From Frankiaceae bacterium (GTDB taxonomy: Bacteria > Actinomycetota > Actinomycetes > BP-191), in the NCBI GenBank assembly GCA_035940575.1, contig DASZER010000011.1:315-64314 (forward strand): 64,000 nucleotides of DNA. Direction: 5' to 3'. Both the position numbers and the translations under genes were made by a program. A model generated the notes under the pieces. That model made no database searches, had not been told where the DNA came from, and saw only the letters and a list, made by a program, of their open reading frames with translations. Positions 34,914-45,577 of this stretch are shown piece after piece. Numbering within the stretch: the stretch's first letter is position 1; every line of letters begins with the position of its first letter.

Positions 34914-35926
34914 CGCTCGCCCGCCTCCGCACGGTCGCGGCCGCCCTCGCGGGCGCCGTTCTCCTTGCCGGGTGCGCCGAGACCGGCGTCGGCGTCGCCG
35001 CGCGCGTCGGCGGCGACCGCATCCTCAACGACGAGGTGGTCGCGTACGTCGACCGCGGCCTCGACGACCCGGCCGCGCGCAACGTCGACCGCGTCCTGCT
35101 CCAGCGCGCGTGGCTCAGCCAGCTCGTCAAGCTGCGGCTCTACCGCGAGGCCGCGCGCCGGCTCGACGCGATGCCGTCGGACGAGGAGTACCGGCGCATG
35201 GTCGACACCTACGTCCAGCAGGCGGGCGGCCGCGCGGCGATCGAGCAGGACTTCACCGGCCGCGGCGTCGACGCGCGCGACGTGGACGAGGTCATCGAGA
35301 CCGTGCTGCTGTTCGAGCTGATCGGCGACGCCCTGGTCAAGGACGTGGCCACGCCCGAGCCCGAGCTGCGCGCGGACTACGCGCGGCAGATCGAGCAGTT
35401 CGACCAGGCGGAGGTCGCCCACATCAAGCTGCGCGACCAGCGGACCGCGACCACGGTCGTCGCGCAGCTCAAGGCGGGCGCGAGCTTCGACGAGCTCGCG
35501 AAGCAGTCTCTCGACCCGGCGACGGCCGCGCAGGGCGGCAAGCTCGGCGTGATCGGCAACGGCTCCAAGCGGTTCGCGAAGCCGATCGTGGACGCGGTGT
35601 TCCGCTCGCGGACCGGCGCGATCATCGGGCCCGTCAAGGTCAGCGACGGCTTCGAGATCTTCCGCGTGATCGAGCGGCGGACGCTGTCGTTCGAGGACGC
35701 GCGGGACCTGCTGCGCCGGGCCAAGCTCAAGGACCAGCGGGACGCGAAGCGCGCCGCCTACATCCAGGAGCTGAGCCGCGAGATGGGCATCTCGGTGAAC
35801 CCGCGCTTCGGGCGCTGGAACTTCAAGGAGACCGGCATCGAGCAGGCGGGCGACAGCCTCTCCACGACCGTCCCCTCGCCCGGCGCGACGGGCGCGCCCG
35901 GCGGCGGCCCGGCGCCCGGCCAGTGA
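34910..35926 (+). CDS. SurA/PrsA-like peptidyl-prolyl isomerase lipoprotein
   Basis: Lipobox LLAGC; parvulin motifs HIKL, FDELAKQSLD and GGKLG; VNPRFG. Confidence 0.8.
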
Positions 35927-37098
35927 ACGACGCGCCGATGGACAGGCTCGTCCTCGTCGCGAACACGCACCGCGTCGCGCCCGGCCTGCTCTCGTGGTCG
36001 GCGTGGGACGAGATGCGCAACGGCGACGTCTGCTGCGCCGACCCCGAGCACCCGCAGCTCCCGTTCCTCGAGGCGGCGGGCGTGGACGTCACCGTGCTGC
36101 GGCCGGAGGACGGTCCCGAGGGCATGCGGGTGTCGTACCTGATGGGCGGCGGCGACCCGGTGGCCGCGGGGCTCGCGCACCTGTTCCGCGAGCGGGCGCG
36201 CGGCGGTCGCACGGCCGTGTGGCTCGCGAGCGCGGGCGGCGACCCGGCGTTCGTTCGGGCGCTCGGCGACCTCGCCGCGCGCGAGGGCGGCATCGAGATG
36301 GAGGTCGTCTACGGGTCGTACGACATGCCCGGCGCGCGGCTGCTCGACCTCGTCGCGACGATGGACAGGCTGCGCTCGCCGGGCGGCTGCCCGTGGGACG
36401 CCGAGCAGACGCACGAGACGCTCGCGCCGTACCTCGTGGAGGAGACGTACGAGGCGCTGGAGGCGATCGAGACAGGGGACCTCGAGGCGCTGCGCGACGA
36501 GCTCGGCGACGTGCTGCTCCAGGTGGTGTTCCACGCGCGCGTCGCGGAGGAGCGCGGGGAGCACCGCTGGACGATCGACGACGTCGCGGGCGGCATCGTC
36601 GAGAAGCTCGTGCGCCGCCACCCGCACGTGTTCGGCGACGTGAAGGTCTCCGGCGCCGACGAGGTCGTGCGCAACTGGGACGAGATCAAGGCGGCCGAAC
36701 GCTCCGAGGCGGGCGACGACGCGGGCGCGCTGCACGGCGTACCGCTCGGGCAGCCGGCGACATCGCTCGCGGCGAAGCTGCAGAAGCGCGCGACGAAGGC
36801 GGGGCTGCCGCCCGCGCTGCTGCCCTACGCCGACGACGCGCTGGCCGCGATCGAGCGCACGGCGCCGGAGGAGCGGCCCGCGGCGGTGGGCAGGCTGCTG
36901 TTCGCGGTCGTCGCGCTGGCGCGCTCGCTCGACGTCGACCCCGAGGCGGCGCTGCGGGAGGTGTCGCGCGACTTCCGCGAGCGGTTCGAGGCGGCCGAGC
37001 AGACGGCCCGCACGACCGGCGTCGCCCTGTCACAGTGGGACGAAGCCGCCTGGCGCGAGGTCTGGGACGCGGCGGCGTTGCCTCCCGTGGAGGGATGA
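35923..37098 (+). CDS. mazG: MazG-family nucleoside triphosphate pyrophosphohydrolase
   Basis: LRSPGGCPWDAEQTH, EETYE, ELGDVLLQVVFH and RRHPHVF motifs. Confidence 0.9.
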   Translation: MNDAPMDRLVLVANTHRVAPGLLSWSAWDEMRNGDVCCADPEHPQLPFLEAAGVDVTVLRPEDGPEGMRVSYLMGGGDPVAAGLAHLFRERARGGRTAVWLASAGGDPAFVRALGDLAAREGGIEMEVVYGSYDMPGARLLDLVATMDRLRSPGGCPWDAEQTHETLAPYLVEETYEALEAIETGDLEALRDELGDVLLQVVFHARVAEERGEHRWTIDDVAGGIVEKLVRRHPHVFGDVKVSGADEVVRNWDEIKAAERSEAGDDAGALHGVPLGQPATSLAAKLQKRATKAGLPPALLPYADDALAAIERTAPEERPAAVGRLLFAVVALARSLDVDPEAALREVSRDFRERFEAAEQTARTTGVALSQWDEAAWREVWDAAALPPVEG

Positions 37099-37099
37099 C

Positions 37100-37678
37100 A
37101 TGAGCAGGTTCTCGTCCAACCAGATCGTGACGATGGTGTGCGCCGTCGCGGCGGCGGTCGTGCTGGCGCCGGTCGGCGTCATGGCCGCGACCGGTCAGCT
37201 CGTCAACATCGTCGATCCGTCGAACGCCGGGCGCGCCGCGCGCGTGGGCAGCGGCGGGACGTTGCACGTCGAGACGCGTCCCGGCGCGGTCCAGAACTCC
37301 TTCACCCGCCAGATCAACACGACGGAGCTCGGCAACTCGCCTGTCTACGAGGTGACGGCGCCGCAGCGGATCGCGTTGACGCAGCTCACGGTGTCGAACG
37401 GCGAGAGCGACTACCCGGAGACCGAGGTCCGCGTCAACGCGTACGTGCAGACGACCGGCACGGCCGCCTGCGGCACCACGACGACGGGCTACACGCAGGT
37501 CGAGCTCGCGCGGTTCGTGCTCCCGCCGAAGGACACGAGGCAGATCCTGTGGAACGGCCCGCCGCTCGTCGTGCCCTCGGGGGCGTCGGGCAAGAAGAGC
37601 TGCGTCGTGCTGTACCTCCAGGAGCACGGCAGCCCCAGCGAGACCTTCTACAACGTGAGCGGCTACACGTTCTCGTAG
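37100..37678 (+). CDS. Hypothetical secreted or anchored protein
   Basis: N-terminal hydrophobic segment, beta-rich body, RBS GGAGG. Confidence 0.65.
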   Translation: MSRFSSNQIVTMVCAVAAAVVLAPVGVMAATGQLVNIVDPSNAGRAARVGSGGTLHVETRPGAVQNSFTRQINTTELGNSPVYEVTAPQRIALTQLTVSNGESDYPETEVRVNAYVQTTGTAACGTTTTGYTQVELARFVLPPKDTRQILWNGPPLVVPSGASGKKSCVVLYLQEHGSPSETFYNVSGYTFS

Positions 37679-37707
37679 GCTCCGGGGAGCAACGTCCCCG
37701 ATCCTGA

Positions 37708-39006
<1,299 letters not shown>

Positions 39007-39558
39007 GTGGCGTCCCGCGGGTCAGGCCCGTCGTCGCGGAAGGCGGCGCCGCGCAAGGCCTCGGCGGCGCGGCGTCCCGAGCAGCGGCGGCGCACGACGG
39101 GGACGGCGCTGCCTAAGCCGCCGCTCCCGGGCGCGAAGCGCACCGCCGTCACGACGCGAGCCGCGATCCTCGGCGCCGTGCTGATGGTGCTCGCGCTCGC
39201 GCTGACGGTGCCGTTGCGGCAGTACCTCGCGCAGCGCGGCGCGGTCGCGCGGCTGCGGGCCAAGCAGGAGCAGGCGCAGCGGCGCGTCGACGCGCTGGAG
39301 GCGCGCAAGCGGCAGCTCCAGGACCCGGCGTACGTCGAGCAGCTCGCGCGCGAGCGGCTGCACTTCGTGCGTCCCGGCGAGGTGCCGTACATCCTGCTCA
39401 CGCCGCCGCCGACGCCGGTGCCGTCGCGCTCGAACGTCGCGGGCGGGCCCGGCGTCGGGGGGACGGGCCCCTGGTACTCGCGGCTGTGGGGCACGGTCGA
39501 CGCGGCCGGCACGGCGCCGCGGCGGACGCCCTCGCCGACGCCGACGCCGTCGAGGTGA
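39007..39558 (+). CDS. Septum formation initiator (FtsB/DivIC family)
   Basis: TM helix, coiled coil, DPAYVEQLARERLHFVRPGE and PWYSRLW; directly after eno. Confidence 0.85.
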   Translation: MASRGSGPSSRKAAPRKASAARRPEQRRRTTGTALPKPPLPGAKRTAVTTRAAILGAVLMVLALALTVPLRQYLAQRGAVARLRAKQEQAQRRVDALEARKRQLQDPAYVEQLARERLHFVRPGEVPYILLTPPPTPVPSRSNVAGGPGVGGTGPWYSRLWGTVDAAGTAPRRTPSPTPTPSR

Positions 39559-39562
39559 CCCC

Positions 39563-40033
39563 GTGATCCCGGACGAGGACAGGGCGGCGGTCGAGGCGCA
39601 GCTCGGGCGGCCGCCGCGCGGTCTCCGCGCGGTCGCGCACCGCTGCTCGTGCGGCCTCCCCGACGTCGTGGAGACCGACCCCGTGCTGGAGGACGGGACG
39701 CCGTTCCCGACGCTGTACTACCTGACCTGCCCGCGCGCCGCCTCGGCGGTCGGGCGGCTCGAAGCGTCCGGCCTGATGAACGAGATGACCGCGCGGCTCG
39801 CCGACGACCCCGACCTCGCGGCGGCGTACGCGCGGGCGTCGGAGGACTACCTCGCGCGGCGCGACGCGATCCGCCGGCTCGACGGCGACCCGACGGCGGG
39901 CGGCATGCCCGAGCGCGTGAAGTGCCTGCACGTCCTCGTCGCGCACGAGCTCGCCGCCCCCGGCACGAACCCGTTCGGCCGCGAGGCGCTCGACGCGACC
40001 GGCGACTGGGGCGCGCGGGGGCGGTGCGTGTGA
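39563..40033 (+). CDS. DUF501 domain protein
   Basis: QLGRPPRG, PFPTLYYLTCP and GGMPERVKCLH motifs. Confidence 0.9.
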   Translation: MIPDEDRAAVEAQLGRPPRGLRAVAHRCSCGLPDVVETDPVLEDGTPFPTLYYLTCPRAASAVGRLEASGLMNEMTARLADDPDLAAAYARASEDYLARRDAIRRLDGDPTAGGMPERVKCLHVLVAHELAAPGTNPFGREALDATGDWGARGRCV

Positions 40034-40941
40034 CGCGCGTCGCCGCCGTCGACTGCGGCACGAACTCCATCCGCCTGCTCGTCGCCGACGAGGCGAACGG
40101 CAGGCTCACCGACGTCGTGCGCGAGATGCGGATCGTGCGGCTCGGGCAGGGCGTGGACCGCACGGGGGTGCTCGCGCCGGAGGCGCTGGAACGCACGTTC
40201 GCGGCGTTGCGCGAGTACGCGTCGCTGGTGGGCCTGCACGGCGCCTCGCGGGTGCGGATGGTCGCGACCTCGGCGACGCGCGACGCCGCGAACGCGGAGG
40301 AGTTCGTGCGCGGCTGCACGGAGATCCTCGCGGTCGAGCCGGAGGTCGTGTCGGGCGACGAGGAGGCGCGGCTGTCGTTCCTCGGCGCGACGTACGAGCT
40401 CGCCGGTGCGCCGGGACCGTACGTCGTCGCGGACATCGGCGGCGGCTCCACCGAGATCGTCGTGGGCGCGGACGAGGCCGAGCAGGCCGTGAGCGTCGAC
40501 GTCGGCTGCGTACGGCTCACCGAGCGGTGGCTGCGCTCCGACCCGCCGACCGACGAGGAGGTCGCGGGCGCGACGGCCGACGTCGCGCGCGCGCTCGACA
40601 CCGTCGAGGCGGCCGTGGACGTGTCGCAGGCGCGGACGTTCGTCGGCATGGCGGGCAGCGTCACGACGCTCGGCGCGATGGCGCTGGGCCTGGACGAGTA
40701 CGACCCCGACGCGATCCACCTCACGCGGCTCAGCGCCGAGCGCGTCGAGGAGCTGACGGCGGCGCTGCTGCGCGCGACGCGCGAGGAGCGCGCGCGGATC
40801 GGCGCGATGCACCCGGGGCGCGTGGACGTGATCGGCGCCGGGGCGCTGGTGCTGCGCGAGATCGTGCGCCGCTGGTCGCTGCGGGAGGTCGTCGTGAGCG
40901 AGCGCGACATCCTCGACGGCATCGCGCTGAGCCTGGTGTGA
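40030..40941 (+). CDS. ppx: Ppx/GppA exopolyphosphatase
   Basis: DCGTNSIRL, ATSATRDA, EEARLSF, DIGGGSTE and DILDG motifs. Confidence 0.92.
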   Translation: MTRVAAVDCGTNSIRLLVADEANGRLTDVVREMRIVRLGQGVDRTGVLAPEALERTFAALREYASLVGLHGASRVRMVATSATRDAANAEEFVRGCTEILAVEPEVVSGDEEARLSFLGATYELAGAPGPYVVADIGGGSTEIVVGADEAEQAVSVDVGCVRLTERWLRSDPPTDEEVAGATADVARALDTVEAAVDVSQARTFVGMAGSVTTLGAMALGLDEYDPDAIHLTRLSAERVEELTAALLRATREERARIGAMHPGRVDVIGAGALVLREIVRRWSLREVVVSERDILDGIALSLV

Positions 40942-41603
40942 GGCGGCGCCTCGTCGCGGCCGCCGCCCTCGGGGCGGTGGCGCTCGCCGGCGCGGCGGCG
41001 TGGGTGTGGTGGGTGCCGGGCTACCGGCCGTCGCTGCGCGAGGGGGAGGCGTACGCGATCGACGTGTCCGCGCACCAGGGCCGGATCGACTGGCGCGCGG
41101 TCGCGCGCGACGGCATCGGCATCGCCTGGATCAAGGCGACCGAGGGCGGCGACTTCACGGACGACCGCTTCGTCGCCAACTGGGAGGCGGCGGGCGACGC
41201 CGGCGTGCGGCGCGGCGCGTACCACTTCTTCACGCTGTGCCGCCCGGGCGAGGAGCAGGCGCGCCACTTCCTGCGTACGGTGAACGAGGACGGCGAGGTG
41301 CCGCACGCGGTCGACCTCGAGCTGGCAGGCAACTGCGCCGCCCGCCCGTCGCGCGAGGACGTCGCGCGCGAGCTCGCGGCGTTCCTCGGCGAGGTGGAGG
41401 AGGCGTCGCACCGGCCGACGGTGCTCTACCTCGGCGACGACTGGCGCGAGCGTTACGGCCTGCCCACCGGCGACCGGCCGCTGTGGTTGCGGCGCGTGCT
41501 GCGCCGGCCCTCGGGCGGCTGGTACGCGTGGCAGGTGCAGGGCCGCGCGCGGGTCGACGGCGTCGAAGGACCGGTCGACCTCGACGTCGTGCGCGTCGGC
41601 TAG
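40938..41603 (+). CDS. GH25 lysozyme (muramidase)
   Basis: IDVSAHQG, IKATEG, GAYHF, DLE, WQ and VDLD motifs. Confidence 0.88.
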   Translation: MRRRLVAAAALGAVALAGAAAWVWWVPGYRPSLREGEAYAIDVSAHQGRIDWRAVARDGIGIAWIKATEGGDFTDDRFVANWEAAGDAGVRRGAYHFFTLCRPGEEQARHFLRTVNEDGEVPHAVDLELAGNCAARPSREDVARELAAFLGEVEEASHRPTVLYLGDDWRERYGLPTGDRPLWLRRVLRRPSGGWYAWQVQGRARVDGVEGPVDLDVVRVG

Positions 41604-41613
41604 GGTGCGCGCC

Positions 41614-42300
41614 ATGGGCGATCTGGTGACGTTCGCGAGCAACGGCGACACGGCGGAGGGCTACCTGGCGATCCCGCAGGGCGGCAGCGGTCCCGGCGTC
41701 GTCGTCATCCAGGAGTGGTGGGGCCTCATGCCCCACATCAAGGACGTGTGCGAGCGGCTCGCGGGGCAGGGGTTCGTGGCGCTGGCGCCCGACCTGTACC
41801 GCGGCGAGACCGCGAGCGAGCCCGACGGGGCGATGCGGCTGCTGATGGGGCTGGCGATGGACCGCGCGGCCAAGGACATCGCGGGCGCGGCCGCGTACCT
41901 CAAGGGCCGCGACGAGGTGACGGGCGAGGGGATCGGCTGCGTCGGCTTCTGCATGGGCGGCAGCCTCGCGCTGTGGTCGGGCACGATCTCCGACGACATC
42001 GTCGCGACGGTCGGGTTCTACCCCGCCGTGCCCTGGGAGAAGATGAGCCCCTCCTGGGCCAACTACGCGGGCAAGGCCGCGATCCTCCACACGTCCGAGG
42101 AGGACGGCGGCCCCGAGGCGCCCGGCATCGTGACGGCACGCGAGGCGATCGAGGCGGCCGGGGGCACGGTGACCGTCTACGGCTACCCCGGCACCAAGCA
42201 CGCGTTCTACAACGACTCCCGTCCCGAGGTGTACGACGAGGACGCGGCGACGCTGGCGCGCGAACGGACGCTCGCGCTGTTCCGCGAGAGGCTCGGCTAG
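41614..42300 (+). CDS. Dienelactone hydrolase family protein
   Basis: QEWWGL, APDLY, GFCMGG and HAF motifs. Confidence 0.9.
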   Translation: MGDLVTFASNGDTAEGYLAIPQGGSGPGVVVIQEWWGLMPHIKDVCERLAGQGFVALAPDLYRGETASEPDGAMRLLMGLAMDRAAKDIAGAAAYLKGRDEVTGEGIGCVGFCMGGSLALWSGTISDDIVATVGFYPAVPWEKMSPSWANYAGKAAILHTSEEDGGPEAPGIVTAREAIEAAGGTVTVYGYPGTKHAFYNDSRPEVYDEDAATLARERTLALFRERLG

Positions 42301-43214
42301 TGGCGGTCATCGAGGTAGCGGGCGCGCGCAAGACGTACACGAGGTTCCGCAAGCCGCCGCAGCGCGCCGTCGACGGGCTGGACCTCGCGGTGCCCGAGGG
42401 CGGCGTGCACGGCTTCCTCGGCCCGAACGGCTCCGGCAAGACGACGACGATCCGGATGCTGCTCGGGCTGGTCAAGCCCGACAGCGGCGAGATCAGGCTG
42501 CTCGGGCGCCCGGTCCCCGAGGGGCTGCCGGAGTCGGTCCAGGAGGTCGGCGCGCTGGTCGAGACGCCGCTGTTCTTCCCGAACTTCTCCGGCCGCCTCA
42601 ACCTGGAGCTGCTCGCCCACGTCGCCGGCCTCCCGGGCTCGCGGGTCGACGAGGCGCTCGAACGCGTCGGCCTCACCGACCGCGCCGGCGACCGCGTGAA
42701 GGCGTACTCGCTCGGCATGCGGCAGCGGCTCGGCATCGCGGCGGCGTTGATGAAGCGACCCCGCCTGCTGATCCTGGACGAGCCGTCGAACGGCCTCGAC
42801 CCGGCCGGCATCCGCGAGGTGCGCGAGCTGATCCGCCACCTCGGGGCGAACGGCGTGACGGTGTTCCTCTCGTCGCACCTGCTCGGCGAGGTCGAGCAGG
42901 TCTGCGACACCGTCGACATCCTCGTGCGCGGCAAGCGGATCACGTCGGGCTCGGTCAAGGAGGTGCTCGCCGCGCGCGCGACGGGCGAGGTGCGGGTGCG
43001 GACGGAGGACGTGGCGCTGGCCGCCTCGACGCTGACCGGCGCGGGCTACGACGTCACGGAGGCGGGCGACCACCTCGTCGTGGCGAACGCGCCCGACCCG
43101 GCCGCGATCGCGCGGGCGCTGGGGGAGCGGGGCCAGTGGGTGTCGGAGCTGACGCCGTTGACGGCGAACCTCGAGAGCGTGTTCCTGGAGCTGACCGCCG
43201 GGGGTGGCATGTGA
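42300..43214 (+). CDS. ABC transporter ATP-binding protein
   Basis: GPNGSGKT, YSLGMRQR, LDEP and SSH motifs. Confidence 0.9.
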   Translation: MAVIEVAGARKTYTRFRKPPQRAVDGLDLAVPEGGVHGFLGPNGSGKTTTIRMLLGLVKPDSGEIRLLGRPVPEGLPESVQEVGALVETPLFFPNFSGRLNLELLAHVAGLPGSRVDEALERVGLTDRAGDRVKAYSLGMRQRLGIAAALMKRPRLLILDEPSNGLDPAGIREVRELIRHLGANGVTVFLSSHLLGEVEQVCDTVDILVRGKRITSGSVKEVLAARATGEVRVRTEDVALAASTLTGAGYDVTEAGDHLVVANAPDPAAIARALGERGQWVSELTPLTANLESVFLELTAGGGM

Positions 43215-44116
43215 ACGGCCTGCTGCGCGCGGAGGTCAAGCGGCTCGTGTCGCGGCGGCTCGCCCGCGTGGTCGCGCTGGTGTTCCTCGGCATCCTGCTG
43301 CTCGTCCAGGTCGTCGGCGCCGTGCGCTCGCGCGACCCGAACGCCGAAGAGCGCGTGGACATCGCGGTGGCGCGGCAGTACTGCGAGGACGCCAAGGCGA
43401 GCGGGGAGTTCGAGCCCGACGGCGACTGCGACCAGGTGTACACCAGCGAGGACCCGCGCTACAACGCCAAGGACCTGCTGCCCGACGCGGCCGGCTCGGT
43501 CGCGGTCGCCGCGGCGATCGTGGGGTTCGTCGTCGGGGCGTCGTACGTCGGCGCCGAGTGGGCCGCGGGGACGATGCAGGCGCTGCTGTTCTGGGAGCCG
43601 AGGCGCTGGCGCGTGCTGCTCGCGAAGGGGCTCGCGCTGGTCGGCGTCATGGTGGCGTTCACCGTGGCCATGGAGGTCGTGTGCTTCGCGACGACGCTGC
43701 TCGTCGGCGCCACGCGCGGCTCCAACGAGGGGGTGTCGGGCGTCCTCGGCGACGCGTTCTCGACGGCCGGTCGCGGGCTGATCGTGGTGACGTTCACGTC
43801 GCTGCTCGGCTTCGCCGTGGCGGGGCTCACGCGCGTGACGGGGGCGGCGCTCGGCGCGGCGTTCGTCTACTTCGCGATCCTCGAGCAGGTGGTCGCGGGG
43901 CTGCGGCCCGGATTGTTCCGCTACCTCATCGCGCCGAACATCGGCGCCGTGATGACCGGCGGCCTCAGCGTGCCGGCCGGGCGCGGGGAGGACGACTTCG
44001 GCGAGACCGTCGAGATCCTGCTGTCGGTCACGCGGGGGACGCTGACGCTCGCGGTGTACCTGGTCATCGTCCTGGGGGCGTTCTACGCGGTGTTCAGCCG
44101 CCGCGACGTCACCTAG
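43211..44116 (+). CDS. ABC-2-type transporter permease
   Basis: LLRAEVKR, GAEWAAGT and C-terminal FSRRDVT; multi-TM. Confidence 0.85.
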   Translation: MNGLLRAEVKRLVSRRLARVVALVFLGILLLVQVVGAVRSRDPNAEERVDIAVARQYCEDAKASGEFEPDGDCDQVYTSEDPRYNAKDLLPDAAGSVAVAAAIVGFVVGASYVGAEWAAGTMQALLFWEPRRWRVLLAKGLALVGVMVAFTVAMEVVCFATTLLVGATRGSNEGVSGVLGDAFSTAGRGLIVVTFTSLLGFAVAGLTRVTGAALGAAFVYFAILEQVVAGLRPGLFRYLIAPNIGAVMTGGLSVPAGRGEDDFGETVEILLSVTRGTLTLAVYLVIVLGAFYAVFSRRDVT

Positions 44117-44905
44117 GTGGCCTGCGTCCCACCCGGGTCGGAGCATCCGGCGGAGGTGGCGTTCCGGCACACGCCGGTGGCGTACACGGCGGCGGACGTC
44201 GCGCGGCTCGCGGAGACCGCACCGTCGCCCGACCACCTCGACGCGCGCGTGTCGGTGTGCCGCGCGTGCCCGCGCCTGGTGGAGTGGCGCGAGCGCGTCG
44301 CCGACGAGAAGCGGGCGTCGTACGCCGCCGAGACCTACTGGGGACGGCCCGTCCCCTCGTGGGGGCCGCCGCGCGCGCGCATCGCGATCGTCGGCCTCGC
44401 GCCGGCGGCGCACGGCGGCAACCGCACGGGGCGCATCTTCACCGGCGACCGTTCCGGCGACTGGCTCTACGCCGCCCTGCACAGGGCGGGCCTCGCGGCG
44501 CGGCCGACGTCGACGTACGCCGGCGACGGCCAGCGGCTCGTCGACGTCCGCATCGTGGCCGCCGTGCACTGCGCGCCGCCGGCGAACAAGCCGACGCCCG
44601 AGGAGCGCGACGCGTGCCGCCCGTGGCTCGAGCGCGACCTCGCGATGCTGGCGCCGACGCTGCGCGTCGTGGTGGTGCTCGGCGGCTTCGCGTGGGCCGC
44701 GGCGTTCCCCGCGCTGGCCGCCGCCGGGTACGCGCCGCCGCGCGAGCGGAGGGCGTTCGGGCACGGCGTGGAGGTCGAGCTCGGCGGGGGTGGCCCCACG
44801 GTGATCGGGTGCTACCACCCGAGCCAGCAGAACACGTTCACGGGGCGCTTGACCGAGCCGATGCTGGATGCCGTCCTCGCCAGGGCGACCGCTTTGGGGG
44901 GATAG
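44117..44905 (+). CDS. udgB: Uracil-DNA glycosylase family 5
   Basis: [34 protein letters not shown] and YHPSQQN motifs. Confidence 0.9.
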   Translation: MACVPPGSEHPAEVAFRHTPVAYTAADVARLAETAPSPDHLDARVSVCRACPRLVEWRERVADEKRASYAAETYWGRPVPSWGPPRARIAIVGLAPAAHGGNRTGRIFTGDRSGDWLYAALHRAGLAARPTSTYAGDGQRLVDVRIVAAVHCAPPANKPTPEERDACRPWLERDLAMLAPTLRVVVVLGGFAWAAAFPALAAAGYAPPRERRAFGHGVEVELGGGGPTVIGCYHPSQQNTFTGRLTEPMLDAVLARATALGG

Positions 44906-44941
44906 TTCGCCGTCCGCAAGCAGCGAACGGAGGTGACCCCC

Positions 44942-45082
44942 ATGAAGCGCATCGCCCTCGGCTTCGCCGCCCTCGCGTCGGCGGCCGCCCTCGCGGCCCC
45001 TGCCGCGGCGCACGAAGTCTGCCTGCCCGTGATCGACTACACAGGCATGCCGATCTGCGTCGACGCCCCGGTCCTGAAGTAG
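44942..45082 (+). CDS. Small secreted Cys-containing peptide (46 aa)
   Basis: RBS GGAGGTGA; MKRIALGFAALASAAALAAPAAA-HEVCLPVIDYTGMPICVDAPVLK. Not in the ORF track. Confidence 0.75.
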   Translation: MKRIALGFAALASAAALAAPAAAHEVCLPVIDYTGMPICVDAPVLK

Positions 45083-45170
45083 GACCCCCGCGCCTGGCGC
45101 GGGTCGCCGCCACCCTTCGGCAGGTGTGCGTACGACCCGTTCGGACGCCGGGCGCGACCCTCCGAACCTC

Positions 45171-45210
45171 CGGCGGCGGAGCCCCCTCCCAGGGGCCCCG
45201 CCGCCGTTCG
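45171..45210 (+). terminator. Hairpin after peptide gene 44942-45082
   Basis: CGGCGGCGG...CCGCCGCCG stem followed by TTCG. Confidence 0.5.
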
Positions 45211-45267
45211 TCGTGACGGGCTACGTTCACGGGCACCCCCGATCCCTCGAAGGGAGGTGAACCCCTC

Positions 45268-45444
45268 GTGAAGCGACTCCTTCTCGGCCTCGTGGCCGGG
45301 GCCGCGCTGGCCACGGCCGTCCCCGCGTCGGCCTCCGTGCTGCCCGTGATGTGCGGCATCACACCGCGTTACCCCTGCGGCGTCTGCTACGTCGACGACG
45401 CGACCCAGGAACGGACCTGCGTCAGCCCGCGCGACCTCGTCTGA
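45268..45444 (+). CDS. Small secreted 4-Cys peptide (58 aa)
   Basis: RBS GGGAGGTGA; MKRLLLGLVAGAALATAVPASA-SVLPVMCGITPRYPCGVCYVDDATQERTCVSPRDLV. Not in the ORF track. Confidence 0.75.
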   Translation: MKRLLLGLVAGAALATAVPASASVLPVMCGITPRYPCGVCYVDDATQERTCVSPRDLV

Positions 45445-45521
45445 GGCACGCGCGTGACGCGGGACGCGGCCTTTCGGCGGCCGCTGTCGCGACCGGATTC
45501 GGCCCGTGGCGCGACGAAGCC

Positions 45522-45558
45522 CGGCGGCGGGAGCCCTACCAGGGGCTCCCGCCGTTCG
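45522..45558 (+). terminator. Hairpin after peptide gene 45268-45444
   Basis: CGGCGGGAGCCC...GGGCTCCCGCCG stem followed by TTCG; similar to the 45171 hairpin. Confidence 0.55.
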
Positions 45559-45577
45559 CGCGCTCTAGGCTCGTCGC

